Source of the DNA: Baekduia sp.
Lineage (GTDB): Bacteria; Actinomycetota; Thermoleophilia; Solirubrobacterales; Solirubrobacteraceae
Assembly (NCBI RefSeq): GCF_035318805.1
Contig: NZ_DATHDY010000046.1
Coordinates: 14,321-78,320, forward strand
Length of the DNA stretch: 64,000 nt
Reading direction: 5' to 3'
Below are positions 1 through 10,400 of this stretch, in pieces. The first letter of the stretch is position 1. Every line of letters starts with the position of its first letter. The notes beneath the pieces were generated by a model that saw only the letters and a program-made list of their open reading frames with translations, did not search any database and had not been told where the DNA came from. The translations under genes and the position numbers were made by a program.

Positions 1-1356
1 GACGAGCGTGGCGCGGCGCAGCTGACGATGCCGCCCTACACGCAGCGCGTCGCAGCGCCGATCGTCACGGACGCACGCCTGTGGGGGGCGCTGATCGTCT
101 GCACCACGCGGGACGACGACCTGCCCGCCGACGCCGAGCTGCGCCTGCAGCGCTTCGCCGAGCTGATGGGCATGGCCATCGCCAACGCCGACGCCCGGGC
201 GCGACTGGTCGCGCAGGCCACGACCGACCAGCTCACCGGCCTCGTCAACCACCGCGCCTTCCACGAGCGGCTGCGCGAGGAGGTCGCCTCCGCGCAGCGC
301 CACGGCCGCGAGCTGGCCCTCGCCGTCTTCGACATCGACCGCTTCAAGCAGGTCAACGACGCGCTCGGCCACGTCGGCGGCGACGCCGTCCTGGCCGAGA
401 CCGCCCGCCGCATGGCCGCCGCGTCGCGCACCGGCGAGATCGTCGCGCGCATCGGCGGCGACGAGCTCGCGCTGCTCATGCCGGGCGTCGGCGGCGACGC
501 CGCGCACGCCGCCGCCGAGCGCGTGCGCCGCGCGGTCGCCGCCGCGCCGTTCCAGCACGCCGGCGTCATGACGCTGTCGGCCGGGGTGTGCGACCTCACG
601 CAGGCCACCGAGCCCGAGGATCTGCTGCGCCTCGCCGACGGCGCGCTCTACTGGGCCAAGGCGCACGGCCGCGACGCGTGCATCCCCTACAGCCCCCAGG
701 TCGTCGAGGAGCTGTCGGCCGACGAGCGCGCCGACCGCCTGGAGCACGCTCGCGCGCTGGCCGCGCTCGGCGCGCTGGCCAAGGCGATCGACGCCAAGGA
801 CCCGGCGACGATCCGCCACTCCGAGCGCGTCGCCGCGCTCGCCTCCGAGCTGGCCGGCGAGGCGGGCTGGGGTCCGGCCGACGTCGCGCGCCTGCACGAC
901 GCGGCGCTCGTCCACGACGTCGGCAAGATCGGCGTGCCGGATGCCGTGCTGAGCAAGCCCGGACGGCTGACCGACGAGGAGTACGACGTCATCAAGCGCC
1001 ACGCCGACCTCGGCGCGCGGATCGTCGCCGGCGTCCTCGACGTCGAGCAGGTCGCGTGGGTCCGCGGCCACCACGAGCGCCACGACGGCCGCGGCTACCC
1101 CGACGGCCTGATCGAGGACCAGATCACCGAGGGCGCGTGGCTGCTCGCCCTCGCCGACGGCTGGGACGCCATGACCGGCGCGCGGGTCTACAGCGCGCCG
1201 ATGACCCTCGAGGCCGCGCTGGCCGAGGTGCGCCGCCACGCCGGCGCACAGTTCCACCCCGACGCCGTCGCCGCGCTGGAGCGCCTCGAGGCCCGCGACG
1301 CGCTGCGGGCGCTCACCGGCGAGGGCGCCGGCTCGCCGCCCGCCGTCACCGCCTAG
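1..1356 (+). CDS. GAF-GGDEF-HD-GYP c-di-GMP enzyme (5' end outside window)
   Basis: Frame open from base 1; GAF tail, TDQLTGLVN, DIDRFKQVND, RIGGDEL; HDVGK and HHERHDGRGYP. Confidence 0.9.
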   Translation, partial: DERGAAQLTMPPYTQRVAAPIVTDARLWGALIVCTTRDDDLPADAELRLQRFAELMGMAIANADARARLVAQATTDQLTGLVNHRAFHERLREEVASAQRHGRELALAVFDIDRFKQVNDALGHVGGDAVLAETARRMAAASRTGEIVARIGGDELALLMPGVGGDAAHAAAERVRRAVAAAPFQHAGVMTLSAGVCDLTQATEPEDLLRLADGALYWAKAHGRDACIPYSPQVVEELSADERADRLEHARALAALGALAKAIDAKDPATIRHSERVAALASELAGEAGWGPADVARLHDAALVHDVGKIGVPDAVLSKPGRLTDEEYDVIKRHADLGARIVAGVLDVEQVAWVRGHHERHDGRGYPDGLIEDQITEGAWLLALADGWDAMTGARVYSAPMTLEAALAEVRRHAGAQFHPDAVAALERLEARDALRALTGEGAGSPPAVTA

Positions 1357-1931
1357 CCTTCGACCTCGCCTTCGGGCACGCTGGCGCGGTGCCGGCGCTC
1401 CTCGGCCTCGCGCAGCATGCGGCGCAGCCCGAAGAAGTAGTCGATCCCCGAGATCACGGTGACCGCGACCGCGACGTAGACGAGCAGGTCGACCCACAGG
1501 GGCGTCGGGTCGAAGGCGATCAGGAAGAAGATCGCCGCGACCTGGAACACCGTCTTGATCTTGCCCCAGCCGGCGGCCGGGATGATCACGCCCTGTGCGG
1601 TGGCCGCCATGCGCGTGACCGTGACCGCCAGCTCGCGCGTGACGATGACCATCGCGATCCACGCCTGCAGGCGGTCGAGCGACACGAGCGCGAACAGCGC
1701 GCCGACGACCAGCAGCTTGTCGGCGATCGGGTCCATGAGCTTGCCGAACGTCGTGATCGAGTTGCGGGCGCGGGCGAGGTAGCCGTCGATCGCGTCGGTG
1801 GCCGACGCGAGAGCGAAGACGATCGCCGCCAGCAGGTCGTTGCCCGTCTCGCCCAGCAGGGCCACGACCAACACGGGCACGAGGAGGATCCGCACCACGG
1901 TGAGGACATTGGGCAGGTTGAGGGGAAGCAC
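1353..1931 (-). CDS. pgsA: CDP-diacylglycerol--glycerol-3-phosphate 3-phosphatidyltransferase
   Basis: NLPNVLT; TDAIDGYLAR...FGKLMDPIADKLL CDP-alcohol phosphotransferase motif. Confidence 0.93.
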   Translation of the reverse strand: MLPLNLPNVLTVVRILLVPVLVVALLGETGNDLLAAIVFALASATDAIDGYLARARNSITTFGKLMDPIADKLLVVGALFALVSLDRLQAWIAMVIVTRELAVTVTRMAATAQGVIIPAAGWGKIKTVFQVAAIFFLIAFDPTPLWVDLLVYVAVAVTVISGIDYFFGLRRMLREAEERRHRASVPEGEVEG

Positions 1932-1976
1932 CAGTTGTGAGGGCAGTATCCCCGACCGCGCCCGAACGACTCGCCG

Positions 1977-2858
1977 TCAGGCCTCGGCGGCGGCCGGAGC
2001 GGTCCGCGAGACGCCCACGCTGGCGGCCACGACGAGCGCGATCGCCACCAGGTCGCGGGCGCTCAGCGCCTGGCTCAGGATCAGGAAGCCGGCCAGCGCG
2101 GCCACGGCGGGCTCGAGGCTCATGAGCACGCCGAAGACGTTCGCCGGCAGGCGGCGCAGCGCCTCGGTCTCCAGGCTGTACGGGATGACGCTGCTGAGCA
2201 GCGCGACCGCCGCGCCCATGGCGAGCAGCTCGGGCTTCAGCAGCGCCGTGCCCGCCTCGGCGACGCCGGGGATCACCGGGACGAGCGCCGCGACGACCAT
2301 CGCCAGCGCCAGGCCCTCGCTGCCGTCGAAGACGTGCGTGGCGCGCTGTGCGATCAGGATGTAGGCCGCCCAGCACGCGGCGGCGGCGAGGATGAGCGCG
2401 ACGCCGACCGGATCCAGGCCGTCGCCCCCGAACGGGTTGGAGAGCAGGACGATGCCGAGCGCCGCCAGGGCGGCCCACACCAGGTCGAGGCGGCGGCGCG
2501 ACGTCGCGACGGCCACGCCGAGCGGGCCGGCGAACTCCATCGTCACCGCCACGCCGAGCGGGATGCGGTCCAGCGCCTCGTAGAAGAACAGGTTCATCGC
2601 CCCAAGCGTCAGGCCGAAGAGCGCGGCCAGCCGCAGCTCCTGCGTCCCGCGCCCGCGCACCCGCGGGCGCCACAGGACCATCAGCACCAGCGCCGCGAAC
2701 GCCAGGCGCAGCACCGACGTGCCGGCCGCGCCGAGGTCGTCGAACATCGTCGCGGCGAGGGCCGCGCCGAACTGGATCGACGTCACCCCGGTGAGCACGA
2801 GCCCAATCGGGGGAACGCGACCGAGGCCGGGAAGCCCCTGCGCCGTGGCGGTCGTCAC
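1977..2858 (-). CDS. EamA/DMT transporter, RhtA-like
   Basis: SIQFGAALA, RIPLGVAVTMEFAGPL, VIPYSLE, MSLEPAVAAL; start GTG inferred. Confidence 0.88.
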   Translation of the reverse strand: MTTATAQGLPGLGRVPPIGLVLTGVTSIQFGAALAATMFDDLGAAGTSVLRLAFAALVLMVLWRPRVRGRGTQELRLAALFGLTLGAMNLFFYEALDRIPLGVAVTMEFAGPLGVAVATSRRRLDLVWAALAALGIVLLSNPFGGDGLDPVGVALILAAAACWAAYILIAQRATHVFDGSEGLALAMVVAALVPVIPGVAEAGTALLKPELLAMGAAVALLSSVIPYSLETEALRRLPANVFGVLMSLEPAVAALAGFLILSQALSARDLVAIALVVAASVGVSRTAPAAAEA

Positions 2859-3078
2859 TGCCGGGCACCGTAGCGCGACGATTCCGGAAGGAGCCTCGCG
2901 GCGGTGATCGCCGCCGACGAGGACTTCTTCTCCGGCCTCCCGCGCGCCGTGCCGCACGCGCTGGAGGGCGCACGCCACCACGATGCACCCCGCTCCCGCC
3001 ACCGGCGCTCGTCGCCGGGCGACATCCTCATCCGCTCGGCGACGACCGCCGGCGGCGGGCGCGTGGTGCGGGGTGGCG

Positions 3079-3516
3079 CTACCGCGCCATCGCGACCGGG
3101 AACGGGCGGAAGCCCGGGTGCCGGCCGGAGTCCACGACGAGCATGTCGACGCGGCACGAGGCGCGCCAGCGCAGCTCGCGGGCCAGCGAGGTCCATCCCG
3201 CGGGCACCACGATGAGCTCGGCGTCGTGCTCGCTGGCGACCGCGCACAGGGCCGCGACCAGCCCGCACCGGCGGACGTGGCCGTTGACCGTCAGGCCTGC
3301 AGCACTGAGTGCCCCCTGGACGTCCGCCAGAACGGCGTCCACCTCGGCCCGACGACCCAGCGTCCGTGCCAGCTCCTGTGCGCGGGCGCCCGGCGGCTCC
3401 CATGCCGCCACGACGTGAACCGTGCCGCCACGCGCCTCCGCCACGGCGCCGGCGTACCAGGCTGCCGCCTCAGCGGCGGGCGAGCCGTCTGCGGGTACGA
3501 CGATGTTCGTGGTCAT
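3079..3516 (-). CDS. Universal stress protein (UspA family)
   Basis: NIVVPADGSPAAEAA and DAELIVV at the 3' end of the long minus ORF. Confidence 0.75.
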   Translation of the reverse strand: MTTNIVVPADGSPAAEAAAWYAGAVAEARGGTVHVVAAWEPPGARAQELARTLGRRAEVDAVLADVQGALSAAGLTVNGHVRRCGLVAALCAVASEHDAELIVVPAGWTSLARELRWRASCRVDMLVVDSGRHPGFRPFPVAMAR

Positions 3517-3699
3517 GGTTGCGCTCTCCAGCATGGTTCTGCGGCTCCGTGCACCCCCTAGGCGTTCGTCGCGACGGAACGACGTTCGTCGAGTGGGCGA
3601 ACGGGACCGGACGCGGGCCCCTCGCCGGTGCACCCGCCTATGGTCCGAACCTCCGAGTGGTTGTTTCCGGCGCCGGAGTCGACTACGGTCGCCGACCTC

Positions 3700-5787
3700 A
3701 TGGGGTCCAGTGAACGACGGCGTGTGGCGATCCTCGGCGGCGGGGCGGGCGGACTGACCGCCGCGTTCGAGCTCACCGCCACGCCGGAGCTGCGCGAGCG
3801 TTACGAGGTGACCGTGCACCAGCTCGGCTGGCGCTGCGGCGGCAAGGGGGCCAGCGGCCGCCGCCTCGAAGCCGGCGCCCAGCGCATCGAGGAGCACGGG
3901 CTGCACGTGTGGTTCGGGTTCTACGAGAACGCGTTCGACGTCATCCGGCGCGCCTACGAGGAGCTCGACCGGCCGGCCGGCGCACCGCTGCGCACGTGGC
4001 AGGACGCGTTCCACGGCACCAACGAGGTCGTCCTGCTCGACGACACCGACGACGACGAGTGGATCGCGCGCCACTTCCACTTCCCCACCAACGAGGGCGT
4101 TCCCGGCATCGCGTCGGAGCCGCCGACGCTGCACTCGCTGATGCGCGACGCGATCCACCTGCTCCGCGTCGTCGAGCCGCCGGATCACGCCTCGCTGCGG
4201 CTCAAGACGCTCGACAAGTTCGTCGACGGGTTCCTGCTGGCGCTCGAGCAGTTCCTCGGCGGCGACGACGACCACCTCGACCTCGGCGACCTCTTCGAGG
4301 GCTTCCTGCGCTTCGCCCGCCCGATCCTGCACCTCGGCGCCGACGAGGAGGACGGCGAGGAGCCGATCGTCTGCCGCTTCCTGCGGCTGCTGCGAGACGT
4401 CGTGTGGAAGATCACCGACGGCGACCCTTATGCCATGACCTTCGACCTCACCTCCACGGTCTTCCGCGGCATCCTCGTCGACGAGCTCGACGACCTCGAC
4501 CAGGGCGGCTTCGCGCAGGTCAACGGCGAGGAGTTCACCGCCTGGCTGGCCCGCCACGACGCCAAGCCCGAGACGCTGGCGCAGTCGCCGATCCTGCGCG
4601 CGTTCTACCAGCTGTGCTTCGCCTACCGCGACGGCGATCGCGACCAGCCGTGCCTGGCGGCCGGCAAGGCGCTGCAGGCGATGCTGCGCATGTGCCTCGG
4701 GTACCGCGGCTCGCTGATGTGGAAGATGCAGGCCGGGATGGGCGACGCGATCTTCGCGCCGATGTACGAGGCCCTGCGCGCCCGCGGCGTACGCTTCGAG
4801 TTCTTCCACGAGGTCACCGGCATCGGCCTCTCGCCCGACGGCAAACTCGTCGAGCGGCTGACGATCCGCCAGCAGGCCCGGCCCGACGGCGAGTACCGGC
4901 CGCTGCTCGTCGACCCCGGCGGGCTGGCGAGCTGGCCGCACGAGCCGCTGTGGGACCAGCTGGCCGACGGCCACGCGCTCCGCGAGCAGCGCGTCGCCTT
5001 CGAGGCGTGCGCGTCCGCGCCCGGCGCGACCGACCTCGAGCTGCGCGTCGGCGAGCACTTCGACGACGTGGTGCTGGCGATGTCGGTCGGCTCCCTCGAG
5101 CCGGTGTCGGGCGACCTCCGCGCCCGACACGAGCGCTTCGCGGCGATGCTCGACCACGCCACGACGGTCTCCACGCAGGCGTTGCAGGTGTGGATGACGG
5201 CCGACCGCGAGCAGCTGGGGTTCCGGCCCGACGGCATGGTCTCCGGCGGCTACGTCGAGCCGCTGGACACGCTCTGCGACATGAGCCACCTGCTCCCGCG
5301 CGAGGGCTGGCCGGCGAGCGCCGGCGTGCGGTCGATCTCGTACTTCTGCGGCACGATGCGCGAGATCGCCGGCGAGACCCAGGAGCAGGCCGACGAGCGC
5401 GCCCGCGCCGCCGGCCTCGAGCACCTGCGCCACCACGCGACGGTCCTCTGGCCCGGCGCGAGGACCGCCGACGGCGGCTACGACTGGCGCCTGCTCTTCG
5501 ACCCGAGCGACCGCGACGGCGAGGCGCGCCTGGCCGCGCAGTACTGGCGCGCGAACATCTTCGGCAGCGAGCGCTACGTGCTCACGCCTCCCGGCTCGAT
5601 CGAGTTCCGGCTGCGGCCCAGCGAGTCGGGCGCGACCAACCTCGCGCTGGCGGGCGACTGGACGCGCAACGGGATCTGCGGCGGCAGCGTCGAAGCCGCC
5701 GTCACCTCTGGCAGGCTCGCAGCGCAGTTCCTGAGTGGGAGCCCCGCCGTCGTGCCGGGCACCGAAGGCTGGCTGGAATCCGACTGA
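3700..5787 (+). CDS. FAD/NAD(P)-dependent oxidoreductase (amine oxidase/carotenoid desaturase-like)
   Basis: VAILGGGAGGL Rossmann motif; GWRCGGKGASGR, IEEHGLHVWFGFY; C-terminal NLALAGDWT. Confidence 0.88.
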   Translation: MGSSERRRVAILGGGAGGLTAAFELTATPELRERYEVTVHQLGWRCGGKGASGRRLEAGAQRIEEHGLHVWFGFYENAFDVIRRAYEELDRPAGAPLRTWQDAFHGTNEVVLLDDTDDDEWIARHFHFPTNEGVPGIASEPPTLHSLMRDAIHLLRVVEPPDHASLRLKTLDKFVDGFLLALEQFLGGDDDHLDLGDLFEGFLRFARPILHLGADEEDGEEPIVCRFLRLLRDVVWKITDGDPYAMTFDLTSTVFRGILVDELDDLDQGGFAQVNGEEFTAWLARHDAKPETLAQSPILRAFYQLCFAYRDGDRDQPCLAAGKALQAMLRMCLGYRGSLMWKMQAGMGDAIFAPMYEALRARGVRFEFFHEVTGIGLSPDGKLVERLTIRQQARPDGEYRPLLVDPGGLASWPHEPLWDQLADGHALREQRVAFEACASAPGATDLELRVGEHFDDVVLAMSVGSLEPVSGDLRARHERFAAMLDHATTVSTQALQVWMTADREQLGFRPDGMVSGGYVEPLDTLCDMSHLLPREGWPASAGVRSISYFCGTMREIAGETQEQADERARAAGLEHLRHHATVLWPGARTADGGYDWRLLFDPSDRDGEARLAAQYWRANIFGSERYVLTPPGSIEFRLRPSESGATNLALAGDWTRNGICGGSVEAAVTSGRLAAQFLSGSPAVVPGTEGWLESD

Positions 5788-5800
5788 TGGAGCACACCAC

Positions 5801-6778
5801 GTGACGCAGAAGCCGCCGTACGTCGAGTTCGGAGGGCTGGCCTCCGCGCCCGGCCCGCTGCAGTGCGACGACACCACGTTGTACGTGTTCGGCCTGAAGG
5901 CCGACCACGCCAAGCTCGACGCGCTGTGCCAGAAGGTGTTCCGGACGCCGACCGGCGGCGCGATGGACTACCGGCCGCTCGGCGACAACGTGATCGTGAC
6001 GTTCGGCGTCGTCGGCGCGATCCGCCCGACCCTCGAGCCGTGGCACTCCATGGGCGCGGTGCGCGAGCCGCAGGTGGGCTTCTGGATCCCGGTCGCGCGC
6101 GTCAAGGACGACGACGGCGAGCTCAAGGCCCAGGACTTCGGGATGTTCTGCGCGGCCATGATGTTGGACAACCCGATCTCGCTGCTGTCGGGCCGCGAGG
6201 ACTACGGCTACCCCAAGACGATGGGCTGGTCGGAGATGCCCGCCGGCGCCACCGACGCGTCCACGCCGTTCACGCTCGACGTGTTCGGCATGGACTTCGG
6301 CGGCGACGAGCACCCGGAGCGCCGTCGCCTGCTGGAGTTGGCGCCCGTCGGCGACGAGCTGTCGGAGGCCGAGCTGGCCCTCGGCGACATCCTCACCGTC
6401 GGCGAGTGGATCAAGGACATGCTCTTCGAGGAGCCGCAGGTGGAGCTGGGCCTGCACTTCGCCGTCGAGTTCGGCAAGGCGCTGCACGACCACAAGGTCA
6501 ACCAGGTGTTCTTGAAGCAGATCCGCGCGACCGCCGACGGGCGCCGGGCCGACATCCAGCAGGTCGTCGTCGCGCCGGCGATCACCAAGAACATCACGGT
6601 GACCCAGCTCAAGCACGACTACGACTGCACGATCCAGCAGCTCGACAGCCACCCGCTGCACGACGAGCTCGGGATCGTGCCCCAACAGCGCGTGACGCTC
6701 GCGATGCGCATGCACTTCGACTTCCTCATCGAAGCCGGCCAGGTGCGCTGGAGCGCGCCCGGGACGACCGACGGGTGA
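5801..6778 (+). CDS. Acetoacetate decarboxylase-like (ADC superfamily) protein
   Basis: LDNPISLLSGREDYGYPK motif; FLKQIR; 13 bp after the oxidoreductase. Confidence 0.75.
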   Translation: MTQKPPYVEFGGLASAPGPLQCDDTTLYVFGLKADHAKLDALCQKVFRTPTGGAMDYRPLGDNVIVTFGVVGAIRPTLEPWHSMGAVREPQVGFWIPVARVKDDDGELKAQDFGMFCAAMMLDNPISLLSGREDYGYPKTMGWSEMPAGATDASTPFTLDVFGMDFGGDEHPERRRLLELAPVGDELSEAELALGDILTVGEWIKDMLFEEPQVELGLHFAVEFGKALHDHKVNQVFLKQIRATADGRRADIQQVVVAPAITKNITVTQLKHDYDCTIQQLDSHPLHDELGIVPQQRVTLAMRMHFDFLIEAGQVRWSAPGTTDG

Positions 6779-6788
6779 GCACGGAACC

Positions 6789-7349
6789 ATGCCCGGACGC
6801 CTGATCTTCTCGGCCATCTCCTCGCTGGACGGCTACGTCGCCGACGCGGACGGCAAGTTCGACTGGTCGGTCCCCGACGAAGAGGTCCACGCCTTCGTCA
6901 ACGACCTCGAGCGGCCGATCGGCACGTACCTCTACGGCCGCCGCATGTACGACGTGCTCGTCGCGTGGGAGACCATCGACGACCCGACGCCGGTCGCACG
7001 CGACTTCGCCCAGATCTGGCGCGCCGCGGACAAGGTGGTGTACTCGAGGACGCTGGAGGCGCCCTGCAGCGCCCGCACGCGCATCGAGCCGGAGTTCGAC
7101 CCCGACGCGGTCCGCGCGCTGAAGGCCGCGGCGGGCCGCGACCTCTCGGTCGGTGGCCCGGAGCTGGCCGCCGAGGCGCTCCGCGCGGGGCTGGTTGACG
7201 AGCTCCAGCTGTTCCTGTCACCCGTGGTCGTGGGCGGCGGGACGCGGGCGCTGCCGGAGGGCATGCGGCTGGGGCTGGCGCTGCGCGCGGAGCGCCGGTT
7301 CGGCAACGGCGTGGTGTTCCTGCGGTACGACGTCGAGAACGGCGACTAG
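6789..7349 (+). CDS. RibD C-terminal/dihydrofolate reductase family protein
   Basis: SSLDGYVAD, LYGRRMY, VGGPELA, GLVDELQLFLSPVVVGGG. Confidence 0.9.
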   Translation: MPGRLIFSAISSLDGYVADADGKFDWSVPDEEVHAFVNDLERPIGTYLYGRRMYDVLVAWETIDDPTPVARDFAQIWRAADKVVYSRTLEAPCSARTRIEPEFDPDAVRALKAAAGRDLSVGGPELAAEALRAGLVDELQLFLSPVVVGGGTRALPEGMRLGLALRAERRFGNGVVFLRYDVENGD

Positions 7350-7445
7350 GGGTGCCGTAGGCGGCCAGCGAGGCCGAGGCCCACGCTGGCCAGCCGTCGC
7401 CGCCGGAGGTGGGTCCCCAGTCGCGATAGCGACACAGTCTCCTAG
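7346..7445. repeat. CTAG-flanked 100-bp element, family A copy 1
   Basis: 6 mismatches to 63705-63804; terminal CTAGs carry the stops of both convergent genes. Confidence 0.9.
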
Positions 7446-10400
7446 CGCTCCACCCTCAACCGCCAAGAGTCGGGCCCGCCCGGGCCCGGCTGGTAGACGC
7501 AGAACACGCCGGTGCGCACGGAGCGCTCGAGGTGATGCCCGAGTCGCGCGTCGTGCTCGGCGATCGCGCGGACGGCGCCACGGATGGCGCGCGTGACGTT
7601 CACGCGGGCGCGCTCGGCGGCGCTGCCGGCCTTGCGGTCGCGGCCGCCGAGGCCGACGGCGCGGGCCAGCTCGGCGCCGATGAAGTCGAGCTCCTCGCGC
7701 AGGCGCGCGGCGCGCTCGACGTCGTGGAAGCGGTCGGCCTCGTCGAGATCCTCGCGCAGCTCGGCGACGCGCTCGCGATAGGCGTTCTTGGCCTCGCCGT
7801 CGAGCAGCTCGCCCGCGTCGCCGCCGTCGCTGAGCACCGTCTCGCCGCGGTCGGCGGTGGCCGCAGCGCCGCGGGCGCCCGCGTCGATCGGCCCGCCGAC
7901 GAGGTCGATCGCGTGCACCTCCACGTCAGGCCGCTCCAGGAGCGTCGCGAGGTACTGCAGGCCCTTGCGGTCCTTGAGCCGCACGACCGCGCCGGCGCCG
8001 GTCACCGTCCAGATCTCGCCCTCCAGGCGCAGCGTCGCGCTCGTGCCGCCCGACGACGGCGCGGCCTTTGCGGCGGCGGAAGCGGGCGCCGCCGCGTCGC
8101 GGTCGCCCTGCGGTGCGCGGTCGGCCGCCGAGCCCAGACCGCGCCCGTTGCCGCCGCCCACCGGCATGGCCGGCAGCGCGTTGAGCGCGCGCTCGTAGCC
8201 GAGCAGGCCCGCCGCGCGGCGGGCGAGGGTCGCCGAGCCTAGGCGCTGGGAGGCCGCCGCGGCGCGCTCCAGCAGGGCGCGGCCGCGCTCGCGGTCGTTC
8301 GGCCCGTCGCGCTGCAGGAGCAGGCGCGCGGTCGCCAGCTCGGTCCGCGCGATCCAGATCGGCGCGCGGAGCGCGGCGTTGAGGTCGGCGGCCCGGTGCA
8401 GGTGCTCCTCGGCCTCGGCGTACGCGCCGATGACGCCGGCCACCGCGCCGAGATGGTGGTCGACCGTGCCCCACGCGCTGACGCCGCTGAACACGACCTG
8501 GCCGGCCCATGGCAGCAGCAGGTCGTAGAGCACCGTCGCCGAGGCGCGGTCCTGCAGGTGCGCGGCGACCTCCGCGTAGATGACCAGGCCCGGCAGCCAC
8601 GTGACGTCGGGCGGCAGCTCGCCGAACTTCGAGGCGTTCTCGTGGCCGAGCAGGCGGCGCGCCTCGTCGTCGAGATCGCCCTCGCAGCACGCGAGCGCGA
8701 GCACGGCCCGGAACGCCGGGATGCCCGGGTTGTCGGAGACGACCTGGGCGATCAGCGGCTGGAGCTCAGCGAGCCTGCCCTGCTCGTAGCGGATGTTCGT
8801 CAGCTGGCTGGTGAAGAACGACAGGGCGTCGGGCTGCGCGCTGGCGGTCGCGATCTGCAGCGCCTCCTGGGCGTGCTGCTCTGCTTCGGTCAGGCGGCCG
8901 GCGACGACCTCGAGGTTCGCGCGGTCGTAGGTGGCCAGCCAGCGCATCGTCGGCTGGCCGAGGCGGTCGGCCAGCGACGCCTCGTGCTCGACGTCGCGCC
9001 ACGCGTCGGCCAGGCGCGCGGCCTCGACGAACGCCGCGGCGCGCCAGTGCACGGCGTGGAACTCGGCGACCGGGTCGCCGGTGCGGCGCGCGGCCGCGAC
9101 GTTCTCGTCGCTGTTGGCCACGCGCTCGCCGAGCGTGTCGGGCATCCACAGCGTCACGAACCGCAGGCTCAGCACGCGGCTCAGCGCGGCGGGATCGTCC
9201 AGGCGGCGGGCGAGCCCGACGGCCTCGTCGCTCAGGGCGACGCGCCGCTGGCGGTCGGCGGGCGAGAAGGACAGCTCCGCGGCAAGCGTCGCCAGCAGCA
9301 CCGCGCGGTCGGGGGAGTCGTCCTCGCCGACCGCCGTGAGCGCGTCCTCCAGCGCATGCAGGCGCTCGTCGTCGACGACGCCCGAGGCGCTGACGAACCC
9401 ACGGCTGTTGGCCAGCACCGCGCGCACGAGGCGCGGCCCGTCCTCCAGGCGCCGCGCCAGCGCGGCGGCCTCCAGCAGCGTGCCGCGGAACTCCGGGTCG
9501 CCGGCCTGGCGCTGCGCGTCGCCCAGTCCGACGAGCAGCTCGAAGCGCGTGATGTCCTCCGCCCCGTCGAGCTGGCCGTGCAGCTCCAGGCCCTGCCGGT
9601 ACCAGCGCACGCCGTCGTCGGGCGCGAGCTGGGCGACGGCGTGCGCGCCGGCCAGCAGCGTGTAGCGCAGCGCGGCCTGCAGGTCGGCGGGCTCGGCGTT
9701 GAGCCAGTGGCGCGCCAGCTCGGCGACGCGGGGATGTGGAGCACCATCGGCCCCGTCGCCGTACAGCTCCTCCAGCGCGGTCGCCGCGTGCCAGTGCAAC
9801 CGCGCGCGGCGCCCCGGGCCGAGGCCCTCGTACAGCGTGGTGACGATCAGGCCGTGCGCGAAGGCGTAGCGGTCGCCTGGGCGGCGCGGCGCGACGACGA
9901 GCGCGGCGTCGGCGGCGCGGTCGATCGCGGCGACGACATCGTCCACCCCGCCGCCGTCCTGCAGCATGCGCCCGATCAGCTCGAGGTCGAACTCCTGGCC
10001 GATGACCGCCGCTGCGGCGAGCGGCTCGCGCACGGAGTCGCCGAGGCGCTGCAGGCGGCGCTCGAGGACGTCGCGCACGCTGGCGGGCACGGGTGCGGCG
10101 AGGAGGTCGGCGCCGTGGTGGCGCAGGATCTCGGTGACGAAGAACGCGTTGCCCGACGTGCGGCGCTGCAGGGTGTGCGCGGCGTCGAGGCCCGCGCTGT
10201 CGAGCTCGTGGCCGGTCGCGTCGCGCGCGAGCTCCGCGACGGCCTGCGCCTCCAGGCCGGCCAGCTCCAGGCGCGTGACGTCGGGCTCGCGGTGCAGGTC
10301 GGCCAGGAGCTTGGCCAGCGGGTGCTCGTCGTCGAGCTCGGTCGAGCGGAACGTCGCGACGATCGTCAGGCGCAGCCGCAGGTCGGCGGCCGCGAGGTGG

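Noticed and set aside
2904-3215. 103-aa plus-strand ORF with an AAGGAG upstream
   Set aside because: Overlaps the usp gene end and has no recognisable motif; cannot be supported
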